Below are positions 1-9,612 of a stretch of DNA of 34,268 nt, piece after piece. Under the pieces are notes generated by a model. It was not told the origin of the DNA, did no database searches, and was given only the letters and a program-made list of their open reading frames with translations. The number at the start of each line of letters is the position of its first letter. Within the stretch, counting starts at the first letter, position 1. The stretch is taken from positions 1 through 34,268 of the forward strand of contig CACZRB010000007.1 of assembly GCA_902783555.1 (NCBI GenBank), given 5' to 3'. Both the position numbers and the translations under genes were made by a program. The stretch is from an uncultured Erysipelotrichaceae bacterium (GTDB taxonomy: Bacteria > Bacillota_I > Bacilli_A > RF39 > UBA660).

Positions 1-342
1 ATTTTTTATTGTATATGAAAGTGATCCTTCACTAAAGGTATTTTCTTCTATTTCAAATCCTATTTTATAATGCATATCCAAATCTATAGTTGTATTAGTT
101 CCAGTTAAAGTTATAGTTTTGGTAGCCCAGGCTTCTTCCTTAGGATATATTCCATAAAGCTCGATTATATTAGAGTTTTCTGAATAGTCTATTTCCATTA
201 TACCTGCATCTAATGTTAAGGTACTTGCCTTTTCTACTCCAATTAATTTAGCACTAAAATAGGCATAGGAAAGTCCTATTGTTATTATAAATACTAAAGC
301 AAGTGAAATACTTAGTATTAATGACTGTTTTGTTTTTTCCAT
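1..342 (-). CDS. Partial CDS (first 114 codons, continues past window start); secreted or anchored protein with a TasA/camelysin-like (SipW-class-like) signal region
   Basis: Absent from the ORF track because it is truncated. Hand translation of the reverse strand from ATG (342-340) is open to position 1: MEKTKQSLILSISLALVFIITIGLSYAYFSAKLIGVEKASTLTLDAGIMEIDY... GGTGA Shine-Dalgarno at 351-347. A hydrophobic segment is followed by YAYFS, resembling the G-T-x-A-x-F-S/T signature of TasA/CalY signal peptides. Confidence 0.5.
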   Translation of the reverse strand, partial: MEKTKQSLILSISLALVFIITIGLSYAYFSAKLIGVEKASTLTLDAGIMEIDYSENSNIIELYGIYPKEEAWATKTITLTGTNTTIDLDMHYKIGFEIEENTFSEGSLSYTIKN

Positions 343-364
343 ATTATCACCTATTATTAATATA

Positions 365-394
365 ATTATAAAGTATTACTGCTTGTTAGGTCAA
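365..394 (-). promoter_or_regulatory. Candidate sigma-A promoter for the partial CDS at 1-342
   Basis: Minus strand reads TTGACC (394-389), an 18-nt spacer, then TATAAT (370-365), about 22 nt upstream of the ATG. Confidence 0.4.
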
Positions 395-401
395 GAAAAT
401 T

Positions 402-432
402 AAAAAAATCTATTGGGATAACCAATAGATTT
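402..432 (-). terminator. Rho-independent terminator after secG
   Basis: Minus-strand hairpin AAATCTATTGG / CCAATAGATTT (432-422 / 416-406) followed by a U-run (complement of the A-run at 402-408). It overlaps the secG stop codon. Confidence 0.7.
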
Positions 433-646
433 AACTAATATAAATTATAAATGATAGTATAAAGAAAGCAAAACCTAAAACTAAAGTAATTCTACTAATT
501 AATAATTCTGATCCTCTTTCTTTAGTATTTGAAAACAATTCAGTATTACCACCAGAAATTATTTGACTGGCATCAGATGCTTTATTACTTTGTAGTAAAA
601 CTAAAGCAATTAGTAAAACTGAAATAATTAGTAAAGCTGTTTCCAT
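431..646 (-). CDS. secG: Preprotein translocase subunit SecG
   Basis: 71-aa protein with two hydrophobic helices flanking a glycine/serine-rich loop (SGGNTELFSNTKERG). Typical SecG size, and it sits immediately downstream of eno as in Bacillus. Confidence 0.85.
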   Translation of the reverse strand: METALLIISVLLIALVLLQSNKASDASQIISGGNTELFSNTKERGSELLISRITLVLGFAFFILSFIIYIS

Positions 647-713
647 CTAAAAGTTCTCCTTTCTTTTAGTTCATTTAATAAGATAACATAAGTTATTAAA
701 AATAGCAAGAAAT

Positions 714-1931
714 TTAATTATTTAACTCTTCTTCTATTCTAAGTAATTCATTATATTTAGCTATTCTTTCTCCTCTTGATAGTGATCCTGTTTTAATATA
801 GCCAAGATTTAAACCTACTGCCATTTGTGCAATGAAGGTATCTTCAGTTTCTCCACTTCGATGTGATATTATTGTTTTAAAATTATTATCTTTAGCAAGT
901 TTAATAGTTTCTAACATTTCAGATATAGTACCAATTTGGTTAGCCTTTAAAAGTATAGAATTATTATATTTTTCATTTATGCCTTTTTGTAAATATTCAA
1001 TATTTGTTACGAAATAATCATCACCAACTAGCATAATTTTATCTCCAATTAAAGAAGTTAGTTTTTGAATTGATTCAATATCATCTTCAGCAAAAGCATC
1101 TTCAATAGATTTAATTGGGTATTTATTAATTAATTCTACATAATAATTAATTAGTTCTTCTTTTGTTACTTTCTTTTTATTTATTGTGTAGTATTCTCCA
1201 TCATAAAATTCACTGGCAGCAGCATCTATTGCAATATTAACATCTGTACCAGGAATGTATCCTGCTTTTTCAATGGCTTTCATAATATAATCAAATGCTT
1301 CTTCAATAGTTGATAAGTTAGGGGCAAATCCACCTTCGTCACCAACTGCAGTTGAATATCCATTTTCTTTAAGAATTTTAGCTAAATTATGAAATACTTC
1401 AGCACCACATCTAAGTCTTTCTTTAAATGTATTTGCCATTGGCATTATCATAAATTCTTGTATTTCTAATCCACTTGATGCATGTACTCCTCCATTTATA
1501 ATATTCATCATTGGATATGGTAAATTATATGGACCATCAAATAATTCATAAACTTGTTTATTATTAATTAATGCGATAGCTTTCATAACACATAATGAAA
1601 CACTAAGAATTGCATTAGCACCTAAATTAGATTTATTCTTTGTGCCATCTAATTTAATCAGTATTTCATCAATTTCTTTTTGGTTTAGTTCTTTCCCTAA
1701 TATTGCATTTCTAATAGTTGTATTAACATTATTAACTGCTTTTAAAGTACCTTTGCCTAAGTATCTCTTTTCTCCATCTCTAAGCTCTAAAGCTTCGTTA
1801 GAACCTGTTGATGCTCCTGATGGGACAGATGATCTTACCATGCGGCCATCTTCTAAGTATAGATCTGTTTCTACTGTTGGATTTCCTCTTGAATCTAATA
1901 TTTCTCTTGATTTAATATCTTTTATTTTCAT
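714..1931 (-). CDS. eno: Enolase (phosphopyruvate hydratase)
   Basis: Hallmark enolase blocks are present: REILDSRGNPTVE, SGASTG..EA.ELRDG, DEGGFAP, DAAASEF, SIEDAF, LVGDD, LLKANQIGT, SHRSGETED, IKTGSLSRGERIAKYN.LLRIEE. AGGAG RBS upstream. 405 aa, slightly short for the family. Confidence 0.97.
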   Translation of the reverse strand: MKIKDIKSREILDSRGNPTVETDLYLEDGRMVRSSVPSGASTGSNEALELRDGEKRYLGKGTLKAVNNVNTTIRNAILGKELNQKEIDEILIKLDGTKNKSNLGANAILSVSLCVMKAIALINNKQVYELFDGPYNLPYPMMNIINGGVHASSGLEIQEFMIMPMANTFKERLRCGAEVFHNLAKILKENGYSTAVGDEGGFAPNLSTIEEAFDYIMKAIEKAGYIPGTDVNIAIDAAASEFYDGEYYTINKKKVTKEELINYYVELINKYPIKSIEDAFAEDDIESIQKLTSLIGDKIMLVGDDYFVTNIEYLQKGINEKYNNSILLKANQIGTISEMLETIKLAKDNNFKTIISHRSGETEDTFIAQMAVGLNLGYIKTGSLSRGERIAKYNELLRIEEELNN

Positions 1932-2015
1932 TTTTTCTCCTTTACTATATATTTTAATTATAATTTATTTGTAAATTTTTAACAAGTTTATTATAATAAT
2001 ATGGAGGTGTTTCAC

Positions 2016-3269
2016 ATGAGAGTAATAGAATTAACAATTCAAGAATTTGAAGATTATGCATTAAAGCATCCACTTAGGAACTATTTACAAAGTTCTAAAT
2101 ATGCTAAAGTAATGGGTGAAAATGGATTTACTTATGATTACATTGGATATATGGATGATAGTAATAACTTAGTTGGAGCATCTTTAATATTAATTAAAAA
2201 GATAGGACCTTTTTATAAATTTGCATATGCACCTAAAGGATTCTTAGTTGATTATTATAATAATGAATTACTTAGAATGTTTATTAGAGATATAAGTGTT
2301 TATTATAAGAAAAAAGGATTTACTTTCATAAAAATTAATCCTGAAATTATTATTGGGGAACTTGATCCAAAAAAGAATTATTTACCTAATTATAATCAGA
2401 ACGTTAATATTATAGATACCCTTAAGGATTTAGGATTTAGAAGAAGAAGAGAATTAGCTCCTTTAGATTTTGTGATGCCAAGAATTAATCCATATATTAA
2501 TTTAAAAACTTATGATTATAATTCTATGGCTAATGAATATAAAGAAAAAATTAAAAATTGTAATAAAAGAGGATTAATGGTTGAAGTGGCTTCTAGTAAG
2601 GATATTGCAATATTATATGATATTATTAAAGATAATACATATGAAAGTATAAATTATTATCGAAATTTTTTAAATACATTTAATAATAATGAATCAGATT
2701 TAATATTAGTGAAAGTTAATTATGAACAATGTTTAGCAAATGCTAAAAAGCAATATGAAAAAGAAGTAGATGATAATAATTATTGGAATGAAATGATTCA
2801 AAGAGAAAATAATGAGAAGATTTTGGCTGAAAAAATGGAATCTGATAAAAGATTGTTGATATATAAAGATGAAATGGCTGCTGCTACTGAAAGGCTTAGA
2901 AGAGAAAGATTTAAATATGTTGGTGGGGCGATTGTTGTAAAATATCAAAATAGAGCTAGTATAATTGCATGTGGTTTTGATAAAAGTGATGATTTTCTAA
3001 CTCCTGGATATTATTTATATAGTGCTTTAATTGAAAAATATAAAAATGATTTTGATTATTTAGATTTATTTGGACTTGCTAGTAATTTTAGTCCTAGTTC
3101 AAAATATTTTGAATTTAATGAAGAGAAACTAGCGTTTAATCCAACGATTTATGAATTTATTGGAGAATTTGATTTAATACTAAATGAAGGAAATTTTAAA
3201 AGAATTCAGGGTAAAGGTTTATTGTCAAAAGAATTTCATGCTTCCCATAAATTTAATGAAGAACAATAA
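2016..3269 (+). CDS. FemAB-family peptidoglycan interpeptide-bridge aminoacyltransferase (FemX/MurM-like)
   Basis: N-terminal FLQS-type block (RNYLQSSKYAKV), YAPKGF block and a central charged coiled-coil insertion, as in FemA/FemX. I start at ATG 2016 because GGAGGTG (2004-2010) lies 5 nt upstream. The ORF-track start at 2001 lacks an RBS. Confidence 0.8.
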   Translation: MRVIELTIQEFEDYALKHPLRNYLQSSKYAKVMGENGFTYDYIGYMDDSNNLVGASLILIKKIGPFYKFAYAPKGFLVDYYNNELLRMFIRDISVYYKKKGFTFIKINPEIIIGELDPKKNYLPNYNQNVNIIDTLKDLGFRRRRELAPLDFVMPRINPYINLKTYDYNSMANEYKEKIKNCNKRGLMVEVASSKDIAILYDIIKDNTYESINYYRNFLNTFNNNESDLILVKVNYEQCLANAKKQYEKEVDDNNYWNEMIQRENNEKILAEKMESDKRLLIYKDEMAAATERLRRERFKYVGGAIVVKYQNRASIIACGFDKSDDFLTPGYYLYSALIEKYKNDFDYLDLFGLASNFSPSSKYFEFNEEKLAFNPTIYEFIGEFDLILNEGNFKRIQGKGLLSKEFHASHKFNEEQ

Positions 3270-3296
3270 AAGATATTCAGTAAAGAATATCTTTTT
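3268..3296. terminator. Bidirectional hairpin between the convergent fem-like gene and rbr
   Basis: AAAAGATATTC (3268-3278) pairs with GAATATCTTTT (3285-3295). A and T runs lie on both sides. Confidence 0.55.
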
Positions 3297-3301
3297 AAAT
3301 A

Positions 3302-3841
3302 CTAATAATTTTCAGCTTTTAATTCCATATAACTTTGTGGATGTGCACATACTGGGCAAACAACGGGTGCATTTTCTCCTACATATACATGACCACAGTT
3401 ACGGCAAATCCATACCTTTTCTTCTCCTTTTTGGAATACTAAGTTGTTTTCAATATTATCTATTAATTTTAAGAATCTTTCTTCATGATGTTTTTCTATT
3501 TTACCTACTTCTTCAAATAGATAAGCAATTTGATCAAATCCTTCTTCTTTGGCAACACGAGCGAATTCTTCATACATTTCTGTCCATTCGTAGTTTTCTC
3601 CATTTGCAGCATCTTTTAAGTTATCTAAAGTTGTTGGAACTTTACCACCATGTAATTGTTTAAACCATAATTTGGCATGTTCTTTTTCATTTCCAGCAGT
3701 TTCTTCAAAGATTGCAGCAATTTGTTCATAACCATCTTTTTTTGCTTGAGATGCATAATATGTATATTTATTTCGAGCCTGACTTTCACCGGCAAACGCA
3801 GCCATTAAATTAGCTTCTGTTTTACTTCCTTTTAATTCCAT
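3302..3841 (-). CDS. rbr: Rubrerythrin
   Basis: N-terminal ferritin-like di-iron domain (EXXH motifs EKEH and EKHHEERF) plus a C-terminal rubredoxin-type CRNCG...CPVC domain. 179 aa. Confidence 0.95.
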   Translation of the reverse strand: MELKGSKTEANLMAAFAGESQARNKYTYYASQAKKDGYEQIAAIFEETAGNEKEHAKLWFKQLHGGKVPTTLDNLKDAANGENYEWTEMYEEFARVAKEEGFDQIAYLFEEVGKIEKHHEERFLKLIDNIENNLVFQKGEEKVWICRNCGHVYVGENAPVVCPVCAHPQSYMELKAENY

Positions 3842-3885
3842 TATAAAATACCTTCTTTCCTATATAAATTATAACATTATGGCAT

Positions 3886-3915
3886 AAAAAAAGACAACTT
3901 AAATTGAAGTTATCT
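3886..3915 (-). terminator. Rho-independent terminator after typA
   Basis: Imperfect hairpin AGATAACTT / AAGTTGTCT on the minus strand (3915-3907 / 3900-3892) followed by a 7-U run (complement of the A-run at 3886-3892). Confidence 0.5.
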
Positions 3916-5709
3916 GTTTTCTCTAAAACGATCTTTTGGATCTAAGGTTTTTTTACGTAGTCTAATGACAGCTGGTGTTACTTCTACATATTCATCATCA
4001 GCAATAAATTCAAGTGCTTCTTCTAGACTAAAAGTTCTTGGTGGTACTAAGTTAATTGCTTCATCGCTTGACTTACTACGTGTATTAGACATTTCTTTAT
4101 TTTTACATGGATTAACATTTAAATCATTATCTCTATTATGAATACCTACTATCATTCCGATGTAAACGTCAGTAGCAGGTCCGATAATTAAAGTACCTCT
4201 TTCTTGTAAGTTAAATAGAGAGTATCCTAAGGATTTACCTGTTTCCATACTTACTAAGACACCATTTTTACGTGATGCAATTGGTCCAGCATATGGATTA
4301 TATCCTTTAAAGCTTCTAACCATTATTCCTTCACCTTTAGTATCAGTTATAAATGCACTACGATATCCAATAAGACCTCTTGTTGGTGCTTCAAATTCTA
4401 GGTGAGTATAATTATCTTCTGTTTCCATTTTTAGAAGTAATGCTTTTCTTTCTTGAAGAGCATTTATTACTGTGCTTGCATAATCATTTGGAGTATTAAC
4501 AATAACTGTTTCATATGGTTCACATTTAGTTCCATCAATTTCTTTAAATAAAACTTCTGGTTTACTTACACATAGTTCATAACCTTCTCTACGCATATTT
4601 TCTAAAAGAATTGATAAGTGTAATTCCCCACGGCCACTAACTTTAAATCCGTCAGCATTTGGTAATTCTTCTACTTCTAATCCTACATTAGTTTCAAGTT
4701 CTCTTTCTAATCGTTCTTTGATATGTCTAGTAGTTAGGAATTTACCACTTTGACCGGCAAAAGGTCCATTATTAACAAGAAAATTCATGCTTAAAGTTGG
4801 TTTTTCTATTTCAATTGGTGGTAGTGGATCTATAGTATTTAGTTCACAAATTGTGTCACCAATAGAGATATGAGAGCATCCTGCAATTGTTACAATATCA
4901 CCATAATAAGCAATATTTTTTTCTACTCTTTTAATTCCTTCATTAACAAATACTTTTGTTATTTTAAATGATTCTACATTTCCATCATTTTTTACTAAGG
5001 TTACTGTTTCACCTGATTTAATCTTACCTTTAGTAATTCGACCTACTCCAAGTCTTCCAATATAATCATCATATCCTAAGTTAGATATTTGTAGTTGTAA
5101 ATTATCATTTTCTGATCCTTCAAAAGGGTTACATTGTTTTAAAATTGTTTCAAGTAATGGTTCGATTGAAGTTGATTCATCGTCTAAAGAATATTTGGCT
5201 ATACCATCTCTAGCAGTTCCATAAATTATTGGGAAATCTAATTGTTCATCTGTAGCATTTAGTTCACAAAATAAATCAAATGTCATATTAACAACTTCTT
5301 CAGGACGAGCATCTTTTTTATCTATTTTATTAATAAATAGAATTGGTCTTAAATTATGTTCTAGAGCCTTTTTTAAAACAAATCTTGTTTGTGGCATTGG
5401 TCCTTCAGCTGAATCTACTAATAAAATAACAGTATCTACAGTTTTAATTACTCTTTCTACTTCTGAAGAAAAATCTGCATGTCCTGGAGTGTCTACAATA
5501 TTAATTTTATAATCTTTATATCTAATTGAACAATTTTTAGAATAAATAGTAATTCCTCTTTCTCTTTCTATATCATTAGAGTCCATTACGCAATCTACTA
5601 TTTCATCTCTTTCACTAAAAACACCATTTTGTTCAAGTAATGCATCTACTAAAGTACTTTTTCCAGCATCAACATGGGCTACTACAGCTATATTTATAAT
5701 TTTTTCCAT
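3910..5709 (-). CDS. typA: Translational GTPase TypA/BipA
   Basis: G1 motif AHVDAGKST, DTPGHADF and NKIDK, with EF-G-like domains throughout. Start set at ATG 5709 (MEKIINIAVVAH...), matching family N-termini. The ORF-track start at 5751 is a TTG without an RBS. Confidence 0.95.
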   Translation of the reverse strand: MEKIINIAVVAHVDAGKSTLVDALLEQNGVFSERDEIVDCVMDSNDIERERGITIYSKNCSIRYKDYKINIVDTPGHADFSSEVERVIKTVDTVILLVDSAEGPMPQTRFVLKKALEHNLRPILFINKIDKKDARPEEVVNMTFDLFCELNATDEQLDFPIIYGTARDGIAKYSLDDESTSIEPLLETILKQCNPFEGSENDNLQLQISNLGYDDYIGRLGVGRITKGKIKSGETVTLVKNDGNVESFKITKVFVNEGIKRVEKNIAYYGDIVTIAGCSHISIGDTICELNTIDPLPPIEIEKPTLSMNFLVNNGPFAGQSGKFLTTRHIKERLERELETNVGLEVEELPNADGFKVSGRGELHLSILLENMRREGYELCVSKPEVLFKEIDGTKCEPYETVIVNTPNDYASTVINALQERKALLLKMETEDNYTHLEFEAPTRGLIGYRSAFITDTKGEGIMVRSFKGYNPYAGPIASRKNGVLVSMETGKSLGYSLFNLQERGTLIIGPATDVYIGMIVGIHNRDNDLNVNPCKNKEMSNTRSKSSDEAINLVPPRTFSLEEALEFIADDEYVEVTPAVIRLRKKTLDPKDRFRENR

Positions 5710-5820
5710 CAAAATCAACTTCTTTCTTGAGCTCATAAGATAATACAACAAAAATGGACATTTTGCAAGAAAAATCTATAAATTTGATAGGTAAATTGAT
5801 ATAATTTAGTTGGTGGTAGC

Positions 5821-8358
5821 ATGAAAGACTTTTTTAAAAAGTGGGGATTTTTAATTATTACAGTGGTTTGTGCTTCTGTGATAGTTATAGCTATATATAA
5901 TTTGCAAGATGTTGCTCCTTTTGGGGGAAATTCACTATTAACGATTGATTTTTTTCATCAATATGGGCCGATGCTTGCTGAACTTAGAAATAGAATATTA
6001 AGCGGAGCTAATTTAATATACTCGTTTCAAATGGGAATGGGGCTTCCTTTTTTTAGGAATTTCTTTAATTACTTATCAAGTCCTTTTAATATATTGCTTT
6101 TATTATTTAAACATAAAGATATTTTAATGAGTTATTCTATTATTATTGGATTTAAAGCTGTAGCATCAGCAGTTACTATGTCGATTTACTTAAAAAATAA
6201 ATTAGGTAAAAATTATGCTTTTATTGCGCTTTCTTTATTATATGCTTTTTGTGCATATTATACTGCTTATTATTGGAATATAATGTGGTTAGATGGTATG
6301 GTATGGCTTCCTTTAATTGCATTAGGAATTGACAGACTAGTTAATAAAAACAAAATACTTCTCTATATTATTAGCTTGTCGATTATGATTTTTTCTAATT
6401 ATTTTATTGGCTATATGTTATGTATATTTAGTGTTTTTTATTTTATAATGAATTTATTTATAGAATCTAAGAAGTATAATTTTAAAATGTATTTAAAAAA
6501 AATAGCTAGTTTTGGTGGAGCATCTTTAATAGCTGGTGGATTGTGCGCATTATTCTTAATACCATTATTTTTAGGATTAAAGGAAATAAGCGCTACAAGT
6601 GATACAATACCTACAAGTCAGTACTATGCTTTTACTTTAAAGGAATTTTTATTTAATCATTTTACTGGAGTTGGAAGTACGGTATTAAAATCTGGAATTA
6701 CTTGTGCTCCTAATATTTCTGTAGGAGTTATATCTATTGCTTTATTACTACTATTTATAATTAATCCTAAGATTAATATAAGAGTAAAAATTGGTTATTT
6801 GTTATTTTTATTATTTATGTGTATTTCTTTTAGATGGGCATTTGCAGATTTTATATGGCATGCATTTCATGTTCCAAATGATTTACCATATCGTTATTCC
6901 TTTATTTATAGTTTTATTTTAATTGTTATTTCGGCATATAGCATTAAAAATATAAAAAGTATTAAACCGGCATTAGTAGGCTGTGCTTATGTTATTTCAT
7001 TAATATTTATAACGATTATGAAAATTATGAATTTTGAAAATATTACAAATGATATGATTATTGTTAATTATATTGTTATTACTATATATTTTTTATGTTA
7101 TATTATGATTGTTTATTTTAAAAATTGGGAAAAATGGGCAATTAGTTTTATGATTTTAACAGCTTCTTTAGAATGTGTAATGGTTGTTAATAATAACTGG
7201 CATATAGATCAAAGTATTCAAAGTTTTTATGCTGACTATAAAGATACAAAGAAAGCATTAAACTATATTAAGGATAATGATAGTGATTTCTATAGGTTAG
7301 AAAGATTATCTATGTTAACATTTAATGATCCATCTTGGTATGGATATAATGGTCAAGTTACTTTTAGCTCAATGGAGTATGAAAATATGGCAATTTTGCA
7401 GCATGCTTTAGGTATGCCTGGAAATGAAATAAATAGTTATTATTATATGCAAAATACACCTATTTATGATTTAATGTTTGATATTAAATATTTATTAGGC
7501 TATTCTGTTGATGAGGCTAGATATTCTAAATTTTATCGTGAAGATAGTATGGTTTATAAATTTAAAAATACGGCTGGATTAATGTTTAAAGTTAATAATG
7601 ATGTTAGAAACTGGAAACCAAATTATGAAAATGCTATAAAAAATCAAAATGAATTTATTGAAAAAGCTAGTGGTATTAATAATGTTCTAGAAAGCATTGA
7701 GTTTGATAAAAAAGAAGTTGTTTTTGAAGATGATAATCATGTAATTGTTAAATATTCTTTATTAAATTATGGTGATAATTATTATATGTATTTTAACAAG
7801 TCATACTCATGTGATTTTGTATATACTAATGGAACTTTATATAATTTTAATGATGATTATAGTTATGTTAATGATTACGGTCAATTTAATATTTATAGTT
7901 ATAAAAATTATAATGAAAACTTTATAATTAATAATAAAACTACAGAGCATAATATTGAGGTATATATTGGTTATAGTTATTATGATGAGTATGTTGATAA
8001 TGATTTAGAATTGTATAGATTAAATATCAAAAATTTTGATGATGTTTATAACTATTTTTTAAATAATAAATTAGATATAGTTGAATTTAAAGAAAAGTAT
8101 ATTAAAGCAAAAGGTAATTATAATGAAAAAGCATTTATTTATACTTCAATCCCTTATGATAATGGTTGGAATATCTATATTGATGGTAAAAAAATTGATA
8201 CTGAAATGGTGGGAAATGCTTTATTAGCATTTGAAGTACCAAGTGGTAGCCATGATATAGAATTTAAATATAAAATACCATATTTTAATATTGGAATGAT
8301 AATATCATTGATATCTTTATGCTCTTTAGCTTTATGGTTAAAAATTAAAAAGAATTAG
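5821..8358 (+). CDS. YfhO-family polytopic membrane protein (GT-C-like glycosyl transfer to teichoic acids or envelope polymers)
   Basis: 845 aa with more than 10 predicted TM helices, an N-terminal DFFHQY block and a large C-terminal extracytoplasmic domain ending in one final TM, which is the YfhO architecture. GGTGG RBS upstream. Confidence 0.75.
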   Translation: MKDFFKKWGFLIITVVCASVIVIAIYNLQDVAPFGGNSLLTIDFFHQYGPMLAELRNRILSGANLIYSFQMGMGLPFFRNFFNYLSSPFNILLLLFKHKDILMSYSIIIGFKAVASAVTMSIYLKNKLGKNYAFIALSLLYAFCAYYTAYYWNIMWLDGMVWLPLIALGIDRLVNKNKILLYIISLSIMIFSNYFIGYMLCIFSVFYFIMNLFIESKKYNFKMYLKKIASFGGASLIAGGLCALFLIPLFLGLKEISATSDTIPTSQYYAFTLKEFLFNHFTGVGSTVLKSGITCAPNISVGVISIALLLLFIINPKINIRVKIGYLLFLLFMCISFRWAFADFIWHAFHVPNDLPYRYSFIYSFILIVISAYSIKNIKSIKPALVGCAYVISLIFITIMKIMNFENITNDMIIVNYIVITIYFLCYIMIVYFKNWEKWAISFMILTASLECVMVVNNNWHIDQSIQSFYADYKDTKKALNYIKDNDSDFYRLERLSMLTFNDPSWYGYNGQVTFSSMEYENMAILQHALGMPGNEINSYYYMQNTPIYDLMFDIKYLLGYSVDEARYSKFYREDSMVYKFKNTAGLMFKVNNDVRNWKPNYENAIKNQNEFIEKASGINNVLESIEFDKKEVVFEDDNHVIVKYSLLNYGDNYYMYFNKSYSCDFVYTNGTLYNFNDDYSYVNDYGQFNIYSYKNYNENFIINNKTTEHNIEVYIGYSYYDEYVDNDLELYRLNIKNFDDVYNYFLNNKLDIVEFKEKYIKAKGNYNEKAFIYTSIPYDNGWNIYIDGKKIDTEMVGNALLAFEVPSGSHDIEFKYKIPYFNIGMIISLISLCSLALWLKIKKN

Positions 8359-8370
8359 TTATATTTAAAT

Positions 8371-9303
8371 CTAATTCTTTTTATTGTTGATAAAATTTTT
8401 ATTTATATTTTTACTTGGCATCATTATTTGAACATTTCTAATATTGCTAATATCATAATTAAGTACTGCACGATCTAATTTTTCGCCGTCAACACACCAA
8501 GCTTTATTTGGATAATCATAAAATTTGACTTCAATATGATTAGTTTTATAAAATTCAATACCGGATACTTTGGTAGCATCCATCGTCAATAAAAGAGTAA
8601 ATGTTTTTAAAATATCAATACGTCTTCTAAAATTACAGAACATTACTTCAAAAGCATCATCATCTAGTTTAACATCTTTATAAAAATTATTAATCCCTGC
8701 TATTCGATTAGCATTGGAAATTAACATAAATGAGTAATAGCCAGTTTTTTCTATACCATCTACTTTATAGGTAATTTTATGTAGTTTTGTTGGAGCAAAA
8801 AAGTCTTTAATTCCTTCAATTAAATATGCCATATGGCCATATTTCTTTTTTAGTTTTCGTGGTGTTTGATATGGTATTTGCATAAATTTACCAAATCCTG
8901 CTACATATACAAAAGGTCTACCATTAATATTTCCAATGTCCATTCCTTTAATTTCCCCATTTAATAGCATTCTTAAATTTTTTATTATATCATGCTCATA
9001 TCCAAACATTACTCCAACATCATTAGTAGTACCTACAGGTATATGAGCTAAAACAAGTGGTTTTTTTCTTTGTAAATTTCCTGTCATTACTTCATTAAAA
9101 GTACCATCCCCACCCATTGATATAACTAAATCTATGTGGTTATCTAAATGACTTACTATTTCTTTTGCATGCCCTGCATATTCAGTACCTATAAATTTGG
9201 AATTGTATTCATGTTTAGATAATATTTTTTTGTATTCTTTTAAATATTTAGCTTTAAATATATGTCCAGAGTTTGGATTATAAATTACAATACAATTTTT
9301 CAT
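8371..9303 (-). CDS. dagK: Diacylglycerol/lipid kinase, DagK/YegS family
   Basis: NPNSG at the N-terminus, the GGDGT motif and PVGTTND, with the typical ~300-aa length. Confidence 0.85.
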   Translation of the reverse strand: MKNCIVIYNPNSGHIFKAKYLKEYKKILSKHEYNSKFIGTEYAGHAKEIVSHLDNHIDLVISMGGDGTFNEVMTGNLQRKKPLVLAHIPVGTTNDVGVMFGYEHDIIKNLRMLLNGEIKGMDIGNINGRPFVYVAGFGKFMQIPYQTPRKLKKKYGHMAYLIEGIKDFFAPTKLHKITYKVDGIEKTGYYSFMLISNANRIAGINNFYKDVKLDDDAFEVMFCNFRRRIDILKTFTLLLTMDATKVSGIEFYKTNHIEVKFYDYPNKAWCVDGEKLDRAVLNYDISNIRNVQIMMPSKNINKNFINNKKN

Positions 9304-9320
9304 TTGTAATCACCAAGCAT

Positions 9321-9349
9321 ATTATACTTTTTGTTTATTTTTGTGTCAA
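9321..9349 (-). promoter_or_regulatory. Candidate sigma-A promoter of the lipid kinase gene
   Basis: Minus strand reads TTGACA (9349-9344), a 17-nt spacer, then TATAAT (9326-9321), followed by a GGTGA RBS and ATG at 9303. Confidence 0.55.
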
Positions 9350-9424
9350 TTTAAATAAATTATTTGTAATTCATTAAATTTGATTTTTTGAATATTATTA
9401 ATTATGAATAAGTTATTCAAATAA

Positions 9425-9453
9425 TTGACAAAGATAAATTATTAGTGTAAAAT
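9425..9453 (+). promoter_or_regulatory. Candidate sigma-A promoter of tRNA-Cys
   Basis: TTGACA (9425-9430), a 17-nt spacer, then TAAAAT (9448-9453), about 20 nt upstream of the mature tRNA 5' end. Confidence 0.65.
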
Positions 9454-9473
9454 TTAAGACATACGGATGATAT

Positions 9474-9547
9474 GGGGCTTTAGCCAAGCGGTAAGGCAAG
9501 GGACTGCAACTCCCTGAGCACCGGTTCAAATCCGGTAGGCCCCTCCA
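9474..9547 (+). tRNA. tRNA-Cys (anticodon GCA), encoded CCA
   Basis: Hand-folded cloverleaf. Acceptor GGGGCTT/AGGCCCC, anticodon stem AGGGA/TCCCT with loop CTGCAAC, T-arm ACCGG-TTCAAAT-CCGGT, discriminator U and a 3' CCA. Confidence 0.93.
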
Positions 9548-9556
9548 TAAAAAAAT

Positions 9557-9580
9557 AAGCTCATATTTGAGCTTTTTTTA
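9557..9580. terminator. Bidirectional rho-independent terminator (tRNA-Cys on +, sortase operon on -)
   Basis: Perfect 7-bp stem AAGCTCA (9557-9563) / TGAGCTT (9568-9574). A T-run lies downstream and an A-run upstream. Confidence 0.7.
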
Positions 9581-9612
9581 ATGCAATTAAAAATATATTA
9601 TGAATATAATTG

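Noticed and set aside
3861-3876. PerR/Fur-like box (TTATAATTTATATA) overlapping the extended -10 (TGTTATAAT) of the rubrerythrin promoter
   Set aside because: There are three mismatches to TTATAATNATTATAA, and the motif is pure A/T in a genome where such strings occur by chance everywhere. It cannot be distinguished from background without a genome-wide PWM scan.
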